Shown here in pieces: positions 48,121 through 60,589 of a DNA stretch of 64,000 nucleotides (within the stretch, counting starts at the first letter, position 1; every line of letters starts with the position of its first letter). The notes beneath the pieces were generated by a model. It was not told the origin of the DNA and did not search any database. It saw only the letters and a program-made list of their open reading frames with translations. The position numbers were made by a program, and so were the translations under genes. This DNA comes from Stegostoma tigrinum. Taxonomy: Eukaryota. The stretch spans positions 4,000,833 to 4,064,832 of the forward strand of contig NC_081382.1 of the NCBI RefSeq assembly GCF_030684315.1, in the 5' to 3' direction.

Positions 48121-50162
48121 CTAATCATTTTCCACTAACTTTCAGACCTATTTGCTTTTCTATGAACATCAACATTTGACTGGTGCTTTGGTTTTTGTAT
48201 CACTTAGTTATTTAGCAAAGTTACATTGGTGTTCCAGTCTCAGTTTCACACAGTGAGAATTGCACTCAACACTGACATCTAACTGTTGCTGATCAGCAAC
48301 CTGATTGACCCTAGGGGCTATTAGAGAGACACAGAGGACACATATAAAGAAAGGGAAAGGGAGACAGTAAGAGGCAGGGAAAATTGAATGATACAGAGAC
48401 AAAGAAAGAAGGAACGATAGAGAGAAGGCAAGAACGGGAGAAGCAGACAAGAACTAGGCCAAAGAGAGAGACAGACAAAGAGACCAAGAGAAAGGGAAAG
48501 ACAGAGATAGAGGAAGAGGGAGTCAGTAGAGGACTGTAATCTATCCTGATGTACACAAACCCTGCTTCAAAACAAAAAATGGAGCAGAAGATTTAGAGAG
48601 TGGGAGAACATTGTATTTTTATGCTTGGGACGTATCACAAGAAATTCAATTGATATTTACAATTTCAGTCAAAAGCTGTCAGAACAAATCGTCACTGGCC
48701 CTTTGAGTCATCGTTGGTCAATAAGATCTGACTAAAGGAATTCTACTTTCCAGCTCTTGGCTGATAGTCCTGGAAAATACAGCAACGCAAGTGATACTTG
48801 TCCTCAGGGTATACTCATTTCCATGGGTAGCATGGTCAGGGCAAAGGGCAAAGGGCAAAGGTCTGCAGCCCAGTGTTGCCATTTTGTTCACCCTGCAATG
48901 TTACAACAACAAGATTTCCTAGAACACCTTGGCTTACAGTAGATAAAACAAGCCATCAGATCTACATTAATAAGGTACGAGTTGGCATTTCTGCTCTTTC
49001 ATGTCATCTTTCTCTAAACTCCATGGCAGACAGTCATAGCAGAGAGTCACTGGTGAAACACGGCCCTCAAACACACTGATCTGAAGGTTTCTGGCACAGG
49101 ATGTCCAGTGAAATAGTCCCTACAAGCTGCACTCAGACCCCCAAAGTTTGAGATGGGAATGTAATAAATAGTGAGGAGGACAGTAGTCAGCTTTTGAAGA
49201 GCACTGACAGGTTGGTGAAACAGGTACACACATGGCAGATGAAATTTAAGAGCAGTATAAACTTAGCTGGAAGAATGAGGAGAGATAATATGACTTAGCT
49301 AATACAGTTTTAACGTTAGTACAAGAATAAGCAGATTAAATGGATGCCTGAAAGAGGAGTGTGGAAGGCACGGCATTTGAAATTTGAGGCTATTGCAATA
49401 AGACAGCACTGTTCCATTTGACAGATTTTATTTGATTTGGGTTGGGATTGGTGTCCGGATGAATCAAACAAATCAGGCAGTATTTTAAACCAACGAATTT
49501 AAATAATCCAGGGTGCAGTGGTAATGGCTCGACCTCTGAGCCATGAAATCTGGGTTCAAGACAAAACCTATTCCAGAGGTCCATAATAACATCTCTGAAC
49601 AGGTTGATGAAAAAATATTTTTTGAATCTAATGAAGGGGAGGAGGGGAGGATTTTAGAATAGGTAAATTGAAAGCAGTAAGAGAAAGTCAGGCTTGCACA
49701 GCAACGTCGTGATTTGCGTCAAAATGGGTAGTGATTCAGGAAAGGAGAGGAAGAGAGGAAGGTAATAAAGCATCAGTGACTTAATGTAAGATTAGGGGAA
49801 ATTACAAACATTTAAAGCTAGGGTAATATATGAGAATATGTAAATCATAGAATGCACAACAAAATAAATTAATCAATAGCACGGATATAAATAAGTGGAT
49901 TTGATCTAACAGTGTCATGGAGATGTGTTTGCAAAGTGACCAGGAAACTTAAAGAAGAAATAAGTTAAATGGAAAAGAGGCAGGGGTGATTCCCTCAATA
50001 AAAACTTGGATAAAAGAAATAGAGGGAAAGGATCTTAGCACATAGGTTTGTAGCAGAATCAGCTACAGGGAATGGAAAAATATCATCAGAGTAGCTTACA
50101 GCTCTCCCAAAGTGTGGATTTAACATTAAGCAGTGTAAAAGTTAGAAAATTAGAGATGCACT

Positions 50163-50470
50163 GGAGCGGCACAGTGGCTCAGTGATTAGCACTGCTGCCT
50201 CACAGCGCCAGGGACCCAGGTTTGATTCCATCCTTGGGCTACTGTCTGTGTGGAGTCTGCACATTCTTCCCGTGTCTGTGTGGGTTTCTTCCAAGTGCTT
50301 TGGTTTCCTCTCACAGTCCAAAGATGTGCAGGTTAGGTGGATTGGCCATGGGGAATGCAGGGTTACAGGGATAATGTACAGAGTGGGTCTGAGTGGGATG
50401 CTTTTTGGAGGGTCAGAGTGGACTCAATGGGCTGAATGGCCTGCTTCCACACTGTAGGGATTCTGTGATT
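50163..50470 (+). mobile_element. HE1-type V-SINE within a decayed CR1 endonuclease region
   Basis: gcggcacagtggctcagtgattagcactgctgcctcacagcgccagggacc. Confidence 0.9.
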
Positions 50471-50729
50471 CAATACAACAAAGGTGAATCAGGAATCCTG
50501 TTCGATTTTAACTTTCATAAAGACTAGGCAGATAAAATATGTTGGAATAGTGCTGAGATGGGTTCATGGAATGCATTCAAAACCATTTTCTTGACCAGAA
50601 ATCAACATGGGAATAAGACATAATCCTGTACAATGAGAAAAGGTTAATTAATAGCGAAGAAGCCTTTGGGGAAGAGCGATCATAATATGATAGCATTTTA
50701 AATTGACTTTGACAGACATATACTTTGGC

Positions 50730-52820
50730 AAAGAAGATAAGAGCAGGAGGCTGCCATTCGGCCCTTTAAGTCTGCTCTGCCATTCTTCATTATCATGGCT
50801 GATCATCTGACTCGACAGCCTAATCCTGCTTTCTCTCCATAACCTTTGGTCCCATTCACCCCAAGTGCTATATCGAGTCACCTCTTGAATGCATTCAATG
50901 TTTTAGAATCAACCACTTCCTGTGGTAATGAATTTCACAGGCTCACCACTCTTTGGGTGAAGAAATGTCTCCTCATGTCTGACCTAAATGGTCTAACACA
51001 AATCCTCATACTGTGACTCCTGGTTCTGGACACACCCACCAACAGGAACATCCTCCCTGCCTCCACCCTGTCCAATCCCGTTAGAATTTTATAAGTCTCT
51101 ATGAGATCCTCCTCATTCATCTGAACTCCAGCAAAAACAATCCCAACCTAGTTAATCCCTCCTCATACATCAGACCCACCATCCCCAGGATCTGCCTGGT
51201 AAACCTTCGCTGCACCCCCTTGAGAGCAAGAGCAACGTTCCCCAGGAAAGAAGACTAAAACTGCACACAATATTCCAGATGTGGTCTCACCAAGGCCCTG
51301 TACACCTGCAACAACATCCCTGCTCCTGTACTCGAAACCTCTTACAATGAAAGCCAACATACCATGTGCCTTCTTTACCACCTCCTGCACCTGCATGCTG
51401 GGGCAGCACGGTGGCTCAGTGGTTAGCACTGTAGCCTCACAGCACCAGGGACCTGGGTTCAATTCCAGCCGCAGGTGACTGTCTGGTTGGAGTTTGCACA
51501 TTCTCCCCGTGTCTGTGTGGGCTTCCTCCGGGTGCTCCGGTTTCCTCCCATAGTCCAAAAGATGTGCAGGCTAGGTAGATTGGCCATGCTAAATTGCCCA
51601 TAGTGTTCAGGGGTGTGTGGGTTACAGGGGGATGTGTCTGGGTGGGATGCTTCAAGGGGCGGTGTGGACTTGTTGGGCCAAAGGGCCTGTTTCCACACCT
51701 TAGGGAATCTAATCTAATCTAACTTTCAGCAACTGGTGCAAAAGGACACCCAGATCCTGCTGCACACTCCCCTCTCCCAATTTACAGTCATTCAGGTAGT
51801 AATCTGCTTTCCTGTTTTTTCTTCCAAAGTGAATAACCTCACATTTATCCAAATTATTACTGCATCTGCCATTGATTTGCTCATCTCACCCAACTTGTCA
51901 AAATCATGCTGAAGGAGCTCTGCATCCTTGTCACAGTTCACCCCGTGCCCCCACCCAACTTGGTATTGTCTGCAAACTTGGAGATGTTAAATTTTGTTCC
52001 CACATCCAAATCATTAATACATATTATGAATAACTGGGGTCCCAGCACCAATCCCTGTGGCACCCCACTAGTTACAGCCTGCCAATTTGAACAGGACCCA
52101 TTAATTCCTAGTCTTTGTTCCCTCTTTGCCAACCAGTTTCCTATCCATCTCAATATACTTCCCCTCAAACCCATGTGCTTTAATCTTGCACATTGATCTC
52201 TTATGTGGGAATTTGTCAAATGCTTTCTGAAAATCCAAATATACTACATCGACTGGCTCTGCCTTCTCAACTCTACTCATTACATCCTCATGGAATTCTG
52301 ACAGATTTGTCAAGCATGACTTCCCCTTCATAAATCCACGCTGACTCTGTCTGGCCCTGCGGCAGCTTTCTAAATGCTCTGCTATAAAATCCTTGACAAT
52401 GGAGTCAAGAATTTTCCCCGTTACCACTGTCAGGCTCACCGGTCTATAATACCCTGTTTTCTTTTTACCCCACCTTTTTGAATATTGGAGTGACATTAGC
52501 CATCCTTCAATCTGCACGGACTGTTTCAGAGTGTATAGAATCCTGGAAGATGACCACCAATGCATCCACTATCTCTAGAGCCACTTCCTTAAATACTCTG
52601 GGATGTAGATGATCAGGCCCTGGGGATTTATTGGCCTTCTAGCCCAACAATTTTCCCAGCACAATTTCTTTACTGATATTGATCTCCATCAGTTATTCCC
52701 TTTCACTAAATTTTACATTCTCTGACAATTCTGTTAAATATTTGTGTCCTCTTTTGTGAAGATAGAACCAAAGTATGTATTCCATTCCTTAGCCATGTCT
52801 TTGTCTCCTCTTATACATTC
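50730..52820 (-). mobile_element. CR1 LINE ORF2 (RT) remnant with HE1 SINE at ~51400-51720
   Basis: YRPVSLT…KSCLTNL…[23 protein letters not shown]…[10 protein letters not shown]. Confidence 0.93.
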
Positions 52821-52829
52821 TTAAACAAT

Positions 52830-55800
52830 GAGCCATTGTTCTGGACCCCCATCTCCCACATCCTTTCTACATATAAATGTCTTGTCCTGTTAGAATTTTA
52901 TTGGTTTACAAAAGATTACACCTTCATTCTTCTAAAATCCAGTGAATGTAATAACAGACTCAATCTCTCCTCATGCGTCACTCCTGCCGTTCCAGGAATC
53001 AATAGGGTAGACATTTACTGCACTTGCCTCTATAGTAACAGCACCTTTCCTCAGATAATGAGCCCAAAATTGTACACAACATTCCAGGTGTAACCTCACC
53101 AATATCCCTTATAGCTGCAACAAAGCATTCTTGTTCCTGTGCTCTCACCTTCTCGCTATGAGGACCAACATACAGTTTGCCTTCATTACTGCCTGCTGCA
53201 TCTTTACATTTACTTTCAGCAACTGGTGCATGAAGATGCCCAGGTCGTGTTGAATATTCTCCTCTTTCAATTTATAGCCATTCGAATAACAATTTGCCTT
53301 CCTACTTTTGCTACCAAAATGAACAATCTCACATTTCTCCACATTATACTGCATCATCTGCCATGCATTTGCCCACTCACTCAGCCTGTACAAATCATAC
53401 TGCCACATCTCTGCATTCTCCTCGAAGCTCACCTTTCCACCGTCATTGGAGTCATCTGAAAATTTTGAGAAACTACATTTAGCTCCCTCATCTAAATCAG
53501 TAAGCAATACTGGAAGTTAAGTCTGAAATTCGGGTTTAAATCAGAACAAAGCAAACTTTCTAGGTTTGAGGGATATGTTAGCAAAGGAACATTGGGAACT
53601 TAGATCAATAGATATGACAGTAGTTAAGATGTAGCAAATATTTAATTAAATAATATATAATTCACAACAACATACATTACATTCTTTTAAGTAATAAAAG
53701 AATTCCAGAGGATAAGCGGACCAACAAAGAAAAATTAAGGACTGTGTTATATCTGCCTTCACAGTAAAAAATCCAAAAATAGTGGAAAACCAAAAATCTA
53801 GTGAGATTGAGGAACTTAGTTTCAGTGAAGAAATACTACTGGAGAAATGGGACTAACTTAGAACTAGTCCCTTGTACCTGAAGAACTACAATCTAAGTTT
53901 TTAAGGAGGTAGTTCGACACAGTGGTGGATTTGTTTTGATTTTCCAGAATTCCTTAAATTTTATGATGGCACCTGTGGACCATGTCCAAATATTCAAGAA
54001 ATGGTGGGGAGGTATCAATGTTGGACTGGGGTGGACAGGGTCAAAAATCACACGACACCAAATTATAGTCCAACAGGTTTATTTGAAAACACAAGCTTTC
54101 CGAGTCTCACTCCTTCTGCAGGTGTCAGTGAGAGAGTTGTCATCAGACACGGAATTTATAAGCAAAAGATCAAAGGGTCATAGAGCTGTTGCGAATGTAT
54201 TGAATAAACTTAAGATGGCTGTTAAATCTTTAATCACTTAGAAAAAAGATGCAGGTTTCGATTGATTAATATGCAAAGCACAGAATTTCTTTCAAGTCAC
54301 TGCCCTGAGATCATAGATCATAGAATTTCTACAGTGTGGAAACAGGCCCTTCGGCCCAACATGTTCACACCAACTCTCAGAACATTCCACCCACACCCAC
54401 TCCCCTATAACCCACCTAATCTACACATCCCTCAGCACAATGAGCAATTTTCCATGGCCGATCCACTGCGGCCAAAGGTTTTATCACTATACCAGAGGTG
54501 ACATCTCAGGTCAGAGAATGCATTCTAGGTGTGAGGCCTTGTTTAGAATCTGGTTGTGTTTTAATTTGGAGTCAAACTGGTTTTATTTCCAAAGTAGGAA
54601 TTTATAAAATGCTACATAGACTATCTCTAAACTGTATGCTTTTTGAGCAAAATACAAGCTATCTGCAATGCAAATCGTTTGTTTAATACATTGGCATCAG
54701 TTCTATGACCTTTTGATCTTTTTCTTATAAATTCTGTGTCTGATGTACCTCTCTCATTGATAGCTGAAGAAGGAGTGAGACTCAGAAAACTTGTGTTTTC
54801 AAATAAATCTTTTGGGCTATAACCTGGAGTTGCGTGATTTTTGACCATCAAGAAATGGATAAGAGAAAAAGCAGGAAACTATGGGTCAGTTAACTGGAAA
54901 ACAGCAGTAGGGAAAATACTAGAATCTATCATTTGGGACATGATTGCACTTAAAAACACATAGTATGGTTGGACAATCTGGACAAATTTGGAGCTAATAG
55001 AATTGGGTCTTAGGATGGATTGAAGATTTAGTAATGAACAGAAAACAGAGTGGTAAATGCCACAAGGGCCAGTGGCTATGTCTCATATATTTCAATTACC
55101 CGAATTAGGAGCCATGTGAAGTATATGAAGGTTTCTGGCAGTACAGTATAAGCTGTGAGGAGGAGGAGGAGGAAGAGAGGTTACACAGGGATTATACGCA
55201 TTTAAATGGGCAAGAAAGTGTCAATGGAGCATCTTGTGACGAAGTATGAAATTATCCACTTTGGGTGGAAAAATAGAGAAGCATATTTTTTAAAATGGCA
55301 AGAGATTGAGAAGTGTTGGCATTCAAAGGAAATAGGTGTTCTTCTGTATGAATCACTGAAATTTGACATGTGCATCAAACTAATGCTCTGCAGCCTTTGT
55401 TCCAAGGGTTTGCAGAAGAAGAGTATAATCGCTGTGACCACATGTGGAGTACTGAGCAGAGTTTTGGTTTTGTAAATCAAATGAACAGCATACTTACCTT
55501 ATGCAATAAAAATGTGTAAAGTATTTTAACTCTGAAGGGGCTTAATAGGGTAGAATTCTTGGGAAGATGTTTCTCCTGGCTGGGAGAATCTATGGATGAA
55601 GTCACAGAATAAGGGACCAGCTATCTAGGATTATCATGTGAAAAAATTTCTTCACTCAGTGGGGTGCGCATTTTGGAATCATCTATCCAAGAAAGCTGCA
55701 GATGTTCACTCAGGAATAGTTCAAGTCAGAGATTGGCAGATTTTTCAAACAAAAGGAAATTAATGATATGGGGACAAGGGTGAACACATGGAGTTTTAAG

Positions 55801-55860
55801 ATAGAAGACAGGTCATATGGTAGGGCTGGCTTGGAGAGCCTGCTTGATCCTGTTTATATT
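52830..55860. mobile_element. Cluster of older CR1 fragments (- to ~53505, + thereafter)
   Basis: SKFSDDS…MQYNVEKCEIVHFG; KYEIIHFGWKNRE. Confidence 0.75.
54005..54847. mobile_element. Second-family Penelope-derived palindromic element with two hammerhead motifs; partial HE1 SINE inside
   Basis: Inverted arms ~54039-54209 and ~54677-54846. Flanking direct repeat tcaagaaatgg at 53994-54004 and 54848-54858. Confidence 0.8.
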
Positions 55861-56149
55861 TCTTAGGCCTGTCTAGCAAATAGTGTAGATTATTTTAAAA
55901 AGACTTTACGACCCTTGCATTTATGAATATAAACATTGAATACAAAACTGGCTTAGAGGCTAACCCCATTTCTTCAGGCCCATATTTTTGTACACACTTA
56001 ACTTAGAAGTCCCCTCTTTCCAAACACGAGTAGCTCTCTTCACCTTAGTAGTCAGCCTCATTTTACATTGAGTAAAATATTCATTTGTACAAAGTGATTT
56101 ATAAATGATTGTAAAGAATTAAGCAGGTGTTGCAGGCTGTATTCTACTA

Positions 56150-57420
56150 TCGAACAGACCCTTTAGCACATTAAGACTGTACTGCCAAAAATATACTACT
56201 ACCTACACAGATCACACTTTCCCGCACAAGGCCCATAACCTTGAACATTATGACACTTCCAGTGCTCATCCCAGTACTTTTAAAAAATTGTGAGGATTCC
56301 TGCTTCAACTCCCCTCCCAGGTAGTGCATTCCAGACACTCACCACCGTATGGGTTAAACCTTTCTCCTCAAATCCCTTCCAAACTTTCTGGCTTTCTCTT
56401 TAAAGTTGGAGTTTTTGTTCTTGAATCTTCAACAAAGAGGAGTAGGTGCTTTCTATTCACCCTATACATGCCCCGTGATCATTGTCACCTCACTCAGGTG
56501 TCCCCTCAACTTTCTCTGCACCAAAGAAAACAGAACAAGCTTATCCAGCCTCTCTTCATTGCTGAAGTGTTCCTTCCCAGGCAACATCCTGATGAATCTC
56601 CAGTGCAATCACATCCTTCCTATGGTGTGTTGAGCAGAACTGCACACAGTACACCAGCTGAGGCCCAATCAAAATTCTGCACAGCTTCAAAATAACCTCT
56701 GTACTCTTACATTCTATGCCACGACTAATAAAAGGTACGCGGGCAAGCACCATGAGAACCCTTGGTTCCTCTGAGCTTCCTAGTGCCTTGCCATTCGTTG
56801 GATTCTCCCTCATCATGTTCCTTCTTCCAAAGTGCATCACTTCACATTTATCAGGATTAAATTCCATGTCACTGATTTGTACATCTGAACAATTTGCCTG
56901 TATTCTCCTGTAACCGTAGATCTTCTTAGCAGCTGTCAACCACTTTGCCAATCTTTGTGCCATCAGCAAACTTACTTATCAACCCCCCACGTTCTCATCT
57001 ACATCATTTCTGAATATCACAAACAATAAGGGGCCCAGCACTAATCCCAGTGGTATGCTACTGCACACCAACTCCAGTCACACAAACAGCCCTCTATCAC
57101 CACCCTCTGTCTCTTGCCACTAAGCCAATTTTGGATCCACAGTGCCAAAGTTACCCTGGATCCCATGTGCTTTTATCTTCTTTATCAATTTCCCATATGG
57201 GACTTTGTCCACAGCCTTATTGAACTCAGTATAATGTGGAAGCACATTAGCTGTCTTCCAGTCCTCTGGGACCCCTCCTGAGGAGAGAGACATTTTAAAA
57301 ATTTGGGTCAGGGCCCCTCTAATTTCCTCTCTCATCTCCCACAACAGTTTGGGATACAATACGTCTGAACTTGGAGATGTGTCCACTTTTTAACTCATCA
57401 AAATCTCCAATGGGCTTCTT
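56150..57420 (-). mobile_element. CR1 LINE remnant
   Basis: GVPEDWKTANV, FNKAVDKVPY, MEFNPDKCEVMHFGR. Confidence 0.9.
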
Positions 57421-57949
57421 ATATCAGTCTGCACTAGAATTTCATAATCCATATTGTCAAATCCTGTGTTGTGAACTTGTGCAGGAGTTTCAGATACACT
57501 CAGAGCCAAAATGGTGAATGTCAAAGATCTTACCCACATTCACGGTTTACTTTTTTTATTTGGCAGGCAGTTGGTCCTCATTCTTGGAGGGATTTGTTGA
57601 TGTTTCAGCTGTTCACTTCTATGCAGATGTTTACAGTCCTCGTTAAGTTAAGAGGCTTGATGGCAAAATAAATCATCTGCTTGAAAGGCTAACTTGGATT
57701 CTGTCTCAACAAGGTGGTGCCTGGCCTGCTGCATACAACCAACATTTTCTGCTTTTATTTTAGATTTACAGCATCTACTTAACTTTGCTGTTGTTTGTTA
57801 TTAAAGTTTCTATACTTTGTGGCGCTGAAAGCTGTAAAATCACTTCTGAGCCAAAACCAGCATAAAGAAGTTCACGTCTCAGGACTTCAGAAGATCGAAC
57901 CTAACTGTTGCTAAAAAAAATGACCCCAGTTGCACAGAGCTCTCCAGCA

Positions 57950-58175
57950 GATTATCCAATCAGACTCTGTTTCCCAAACCAACCCTGAGAAACTATCCAA
58001 TCAGACTCTGTGATTCCCAAACCAACCCTGAGAAACTATCCAATCAGACTCCGATTCCCGAGCTGATCCTGAAAAACCATCCAATCAGACACCAATTCCC
58101 AAACTGATTGTGAGAAACTAGCCAATCAAACTCTGATCTCCAAAACCTGCCCTGGCATGCTGTTCAATCAGGTTT
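57950..58175. repeat. 41-43-bp tandem repeat, each unit with a CCAATCA box
   Basis: CCAAT at 57956, 57997, 58040, 58081 and 58122; decayed TCAAT at 58164. Confidence 0.85.
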
Positions 58176-59477
58176 TGAACCCCAAGGCAATGCTGACCCC
58201 AAACCTTATAATATTCAATGGATGCATGTGTGTTATAGTTCACTCGTGTTGCTAAGGCAATGTGTGTTTTACACAACTTTGTAGCTTGGAGCTAGACAGT
58301 GGCAGTAGAGGCTCCAATTTTCCTTCTATCACAGGGATTACCTGGAATCTCTCCCATTCCTAACTTATATCATTGCATTCAACCTGTTTGGCTACAGTAT
58401 GAATTCATCTTCTTTGGTCTCAAGCCCTGAAATGGGCTTGGACTTGCAGCTTCTGGCTCAGAAGCAGCGATGAAACCCACTGAACCACAACATTTTCTCT
58501 TTAGCCAAGTATTCAACCCACACCCAATCAGACTATATCGAAACTCTGCAACGTTCAACTCACAGCCTGACATATCTGTAATATCAAAATTACACCCTGG
58601 AGAACTGAAACTGAGTTACTCAGACTAAACCTTGCAATATCCAACTTATTTCAGTTCCACGAATTGCACCATGCAATTATTCCCTAACATTCTTGTTTTG
58701 TAATACCCAACCTACAACTTCAAATATTCAAGCTATGACCAAGTACACTCGAAACACCTTTGGAAATACAATTACCCTGAAATACTCTGTTTTCTCTCAA
58801 ATAGTCAAGTCACATCTTCAAATCGTATCCTGAAATACTTAATCAACACTATGTGACAGCCGATGTTCTCTAAAGTAGCCGCACCATACCTTGAAAGACT
58901 CAATCTGCACAATGATACACTCAAAATGGCACACTCTGAAATTTTCCACTCACATCCTAAACTTCGGCACAGCCTGCTCTCAACGATAGTCACCAAGGTG
59001 CATGCTGCACTCTTTCTGTCGTCTGTGCTGTGTGATACTGAGGCAGCACCATGTTATCTAACCTGCATCTGCGATTTCGAAACAGTGATGTACGGTCTGC
59101 AGCTTTGTGGCCTGTGGCACATGGGCTGCTACCTGTGATATTCACCTTACTGTCTCCATTCTTTAGACTGCTTCCCTGCATCTTAGTTAGCAGCTGATGA
59201 AAAACAGCTCGCTCTTTCAGCACCATTTGACACAGAAATATTTTGATAATAAAATTTGATATGAGTATTTATATATGTAGTGTGAAGTGAGGGGAGAAGA
59301 TGGAGTGAGGAACCCACTCAGAGGCACCCCATTATGTTGTAGTGTTAGTCTTTGCACCAATGTTCACCAGTCATTGCTCTGAATTTAACCCTTTGCTGGG
59401 AGATGCACTAATGCTTACCTACTTCATTCATTAATTATTGTAGTAGCACAAAGACAAATGGAAGGTCTAATATAGAG

Positions 59478-59483
59478 TTTATT
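59478..59483 (-). terminator. Candidate polyadenylation signal for RNF208 (3' UTR ~1.1 kb)
   Basis: tttatt on + equals AATAAA on -, at the end of a repeat-free stretch below the stop codon. Confidence 0.5.
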
Positions 59484-60589
59484 CACAGAATACAATCAAT
59501 AAAGAAACATTCTTTGTGTTCCTAGCACTGCTCTCGGTGAGCTCTCCAGCACTGACTGTTAGCTTTGGCCGTAGGTGCTCTATACACCTAATTTGGAGCC
59601 AAAGATGAGTATTTCTCCATCTGTTGTGTTAAAGGTGTGAATGGCTTCTTGGGACCCAAGACTAGGATTGTGGGTGGGGCAAGGAGCAAAAGCAAAACCA
59701 ATGCACTCAGACACACAGGTGAGAGCAGCCTTTGTTAAATGTTTACTGTGACTGACAGGTCGATGTGGAAACCTATGGTCGTGACCCTTTTCAGCCCAGC
59801 TTCCTCCAGAACCACAGTGGCTTGGAGGTGGGAGGTCAGAGGATGGAGGGTGTAGGGTGGGAGGTTAGAGGTGGGGTTCGGGGGAGGTTGTACAGTGCTG
59901 AGGCAGCTGGCCCAGTTCGAGCACTCCCGGTGCTGATTTTGGCTGGGTTGACACCACACAAAAGCTACTAACATGCCTCTGATGTCATGGAGGTTTGGGG
60001 CAGGGCTGTGGCTTAGGTGAGGATGTTTGCAATTAAAAATAAGTGCAGCTAAACCCTTCTCTAATTATCCAACCATCAAAATCGAAACTTCAGGTTAAAG
60101 AAATGCTCTCGCCAGACACTGTGTTCTGGTGAAAGATTGAGGGCACTGGGCAGGGCCAAGAATGAGGGTCTCGATAGGCTGCTGGATAGTGTGGTGTGCA
60201 TCTAGAACACATTAAGCTTTACCAACCTAGAGAGGGCAACACTTTAAAACACTTGCTGCTTTGGCAATGGTTTTAGGCGTCGTATAATACTGGGGTGGAG
60301 AAAGAAGCAATTCCGAGGTCGTAGTCAAGAATGTGCAGGTTGCTTGGCAACACTGCCTCTCAGGCAAAACTATCAAGACTGCATAATACTTGCCACTCAA
60401 CCTGAATTTGATACCTTTGATTTCACAGAAAACACAGAAACTCCCAGATGAGATAATGCAGTTATAGATAATTTACCATATAGGTTGCTGAGAAAGAACA
60501 GCAAGTTGTTCAGTCTTGGAGCAGTAATCCTTATTTTGGTCACAAATGTTACTCTGTGACATGGGGAAGGGCCTTCTCTCTCTCTTCCT

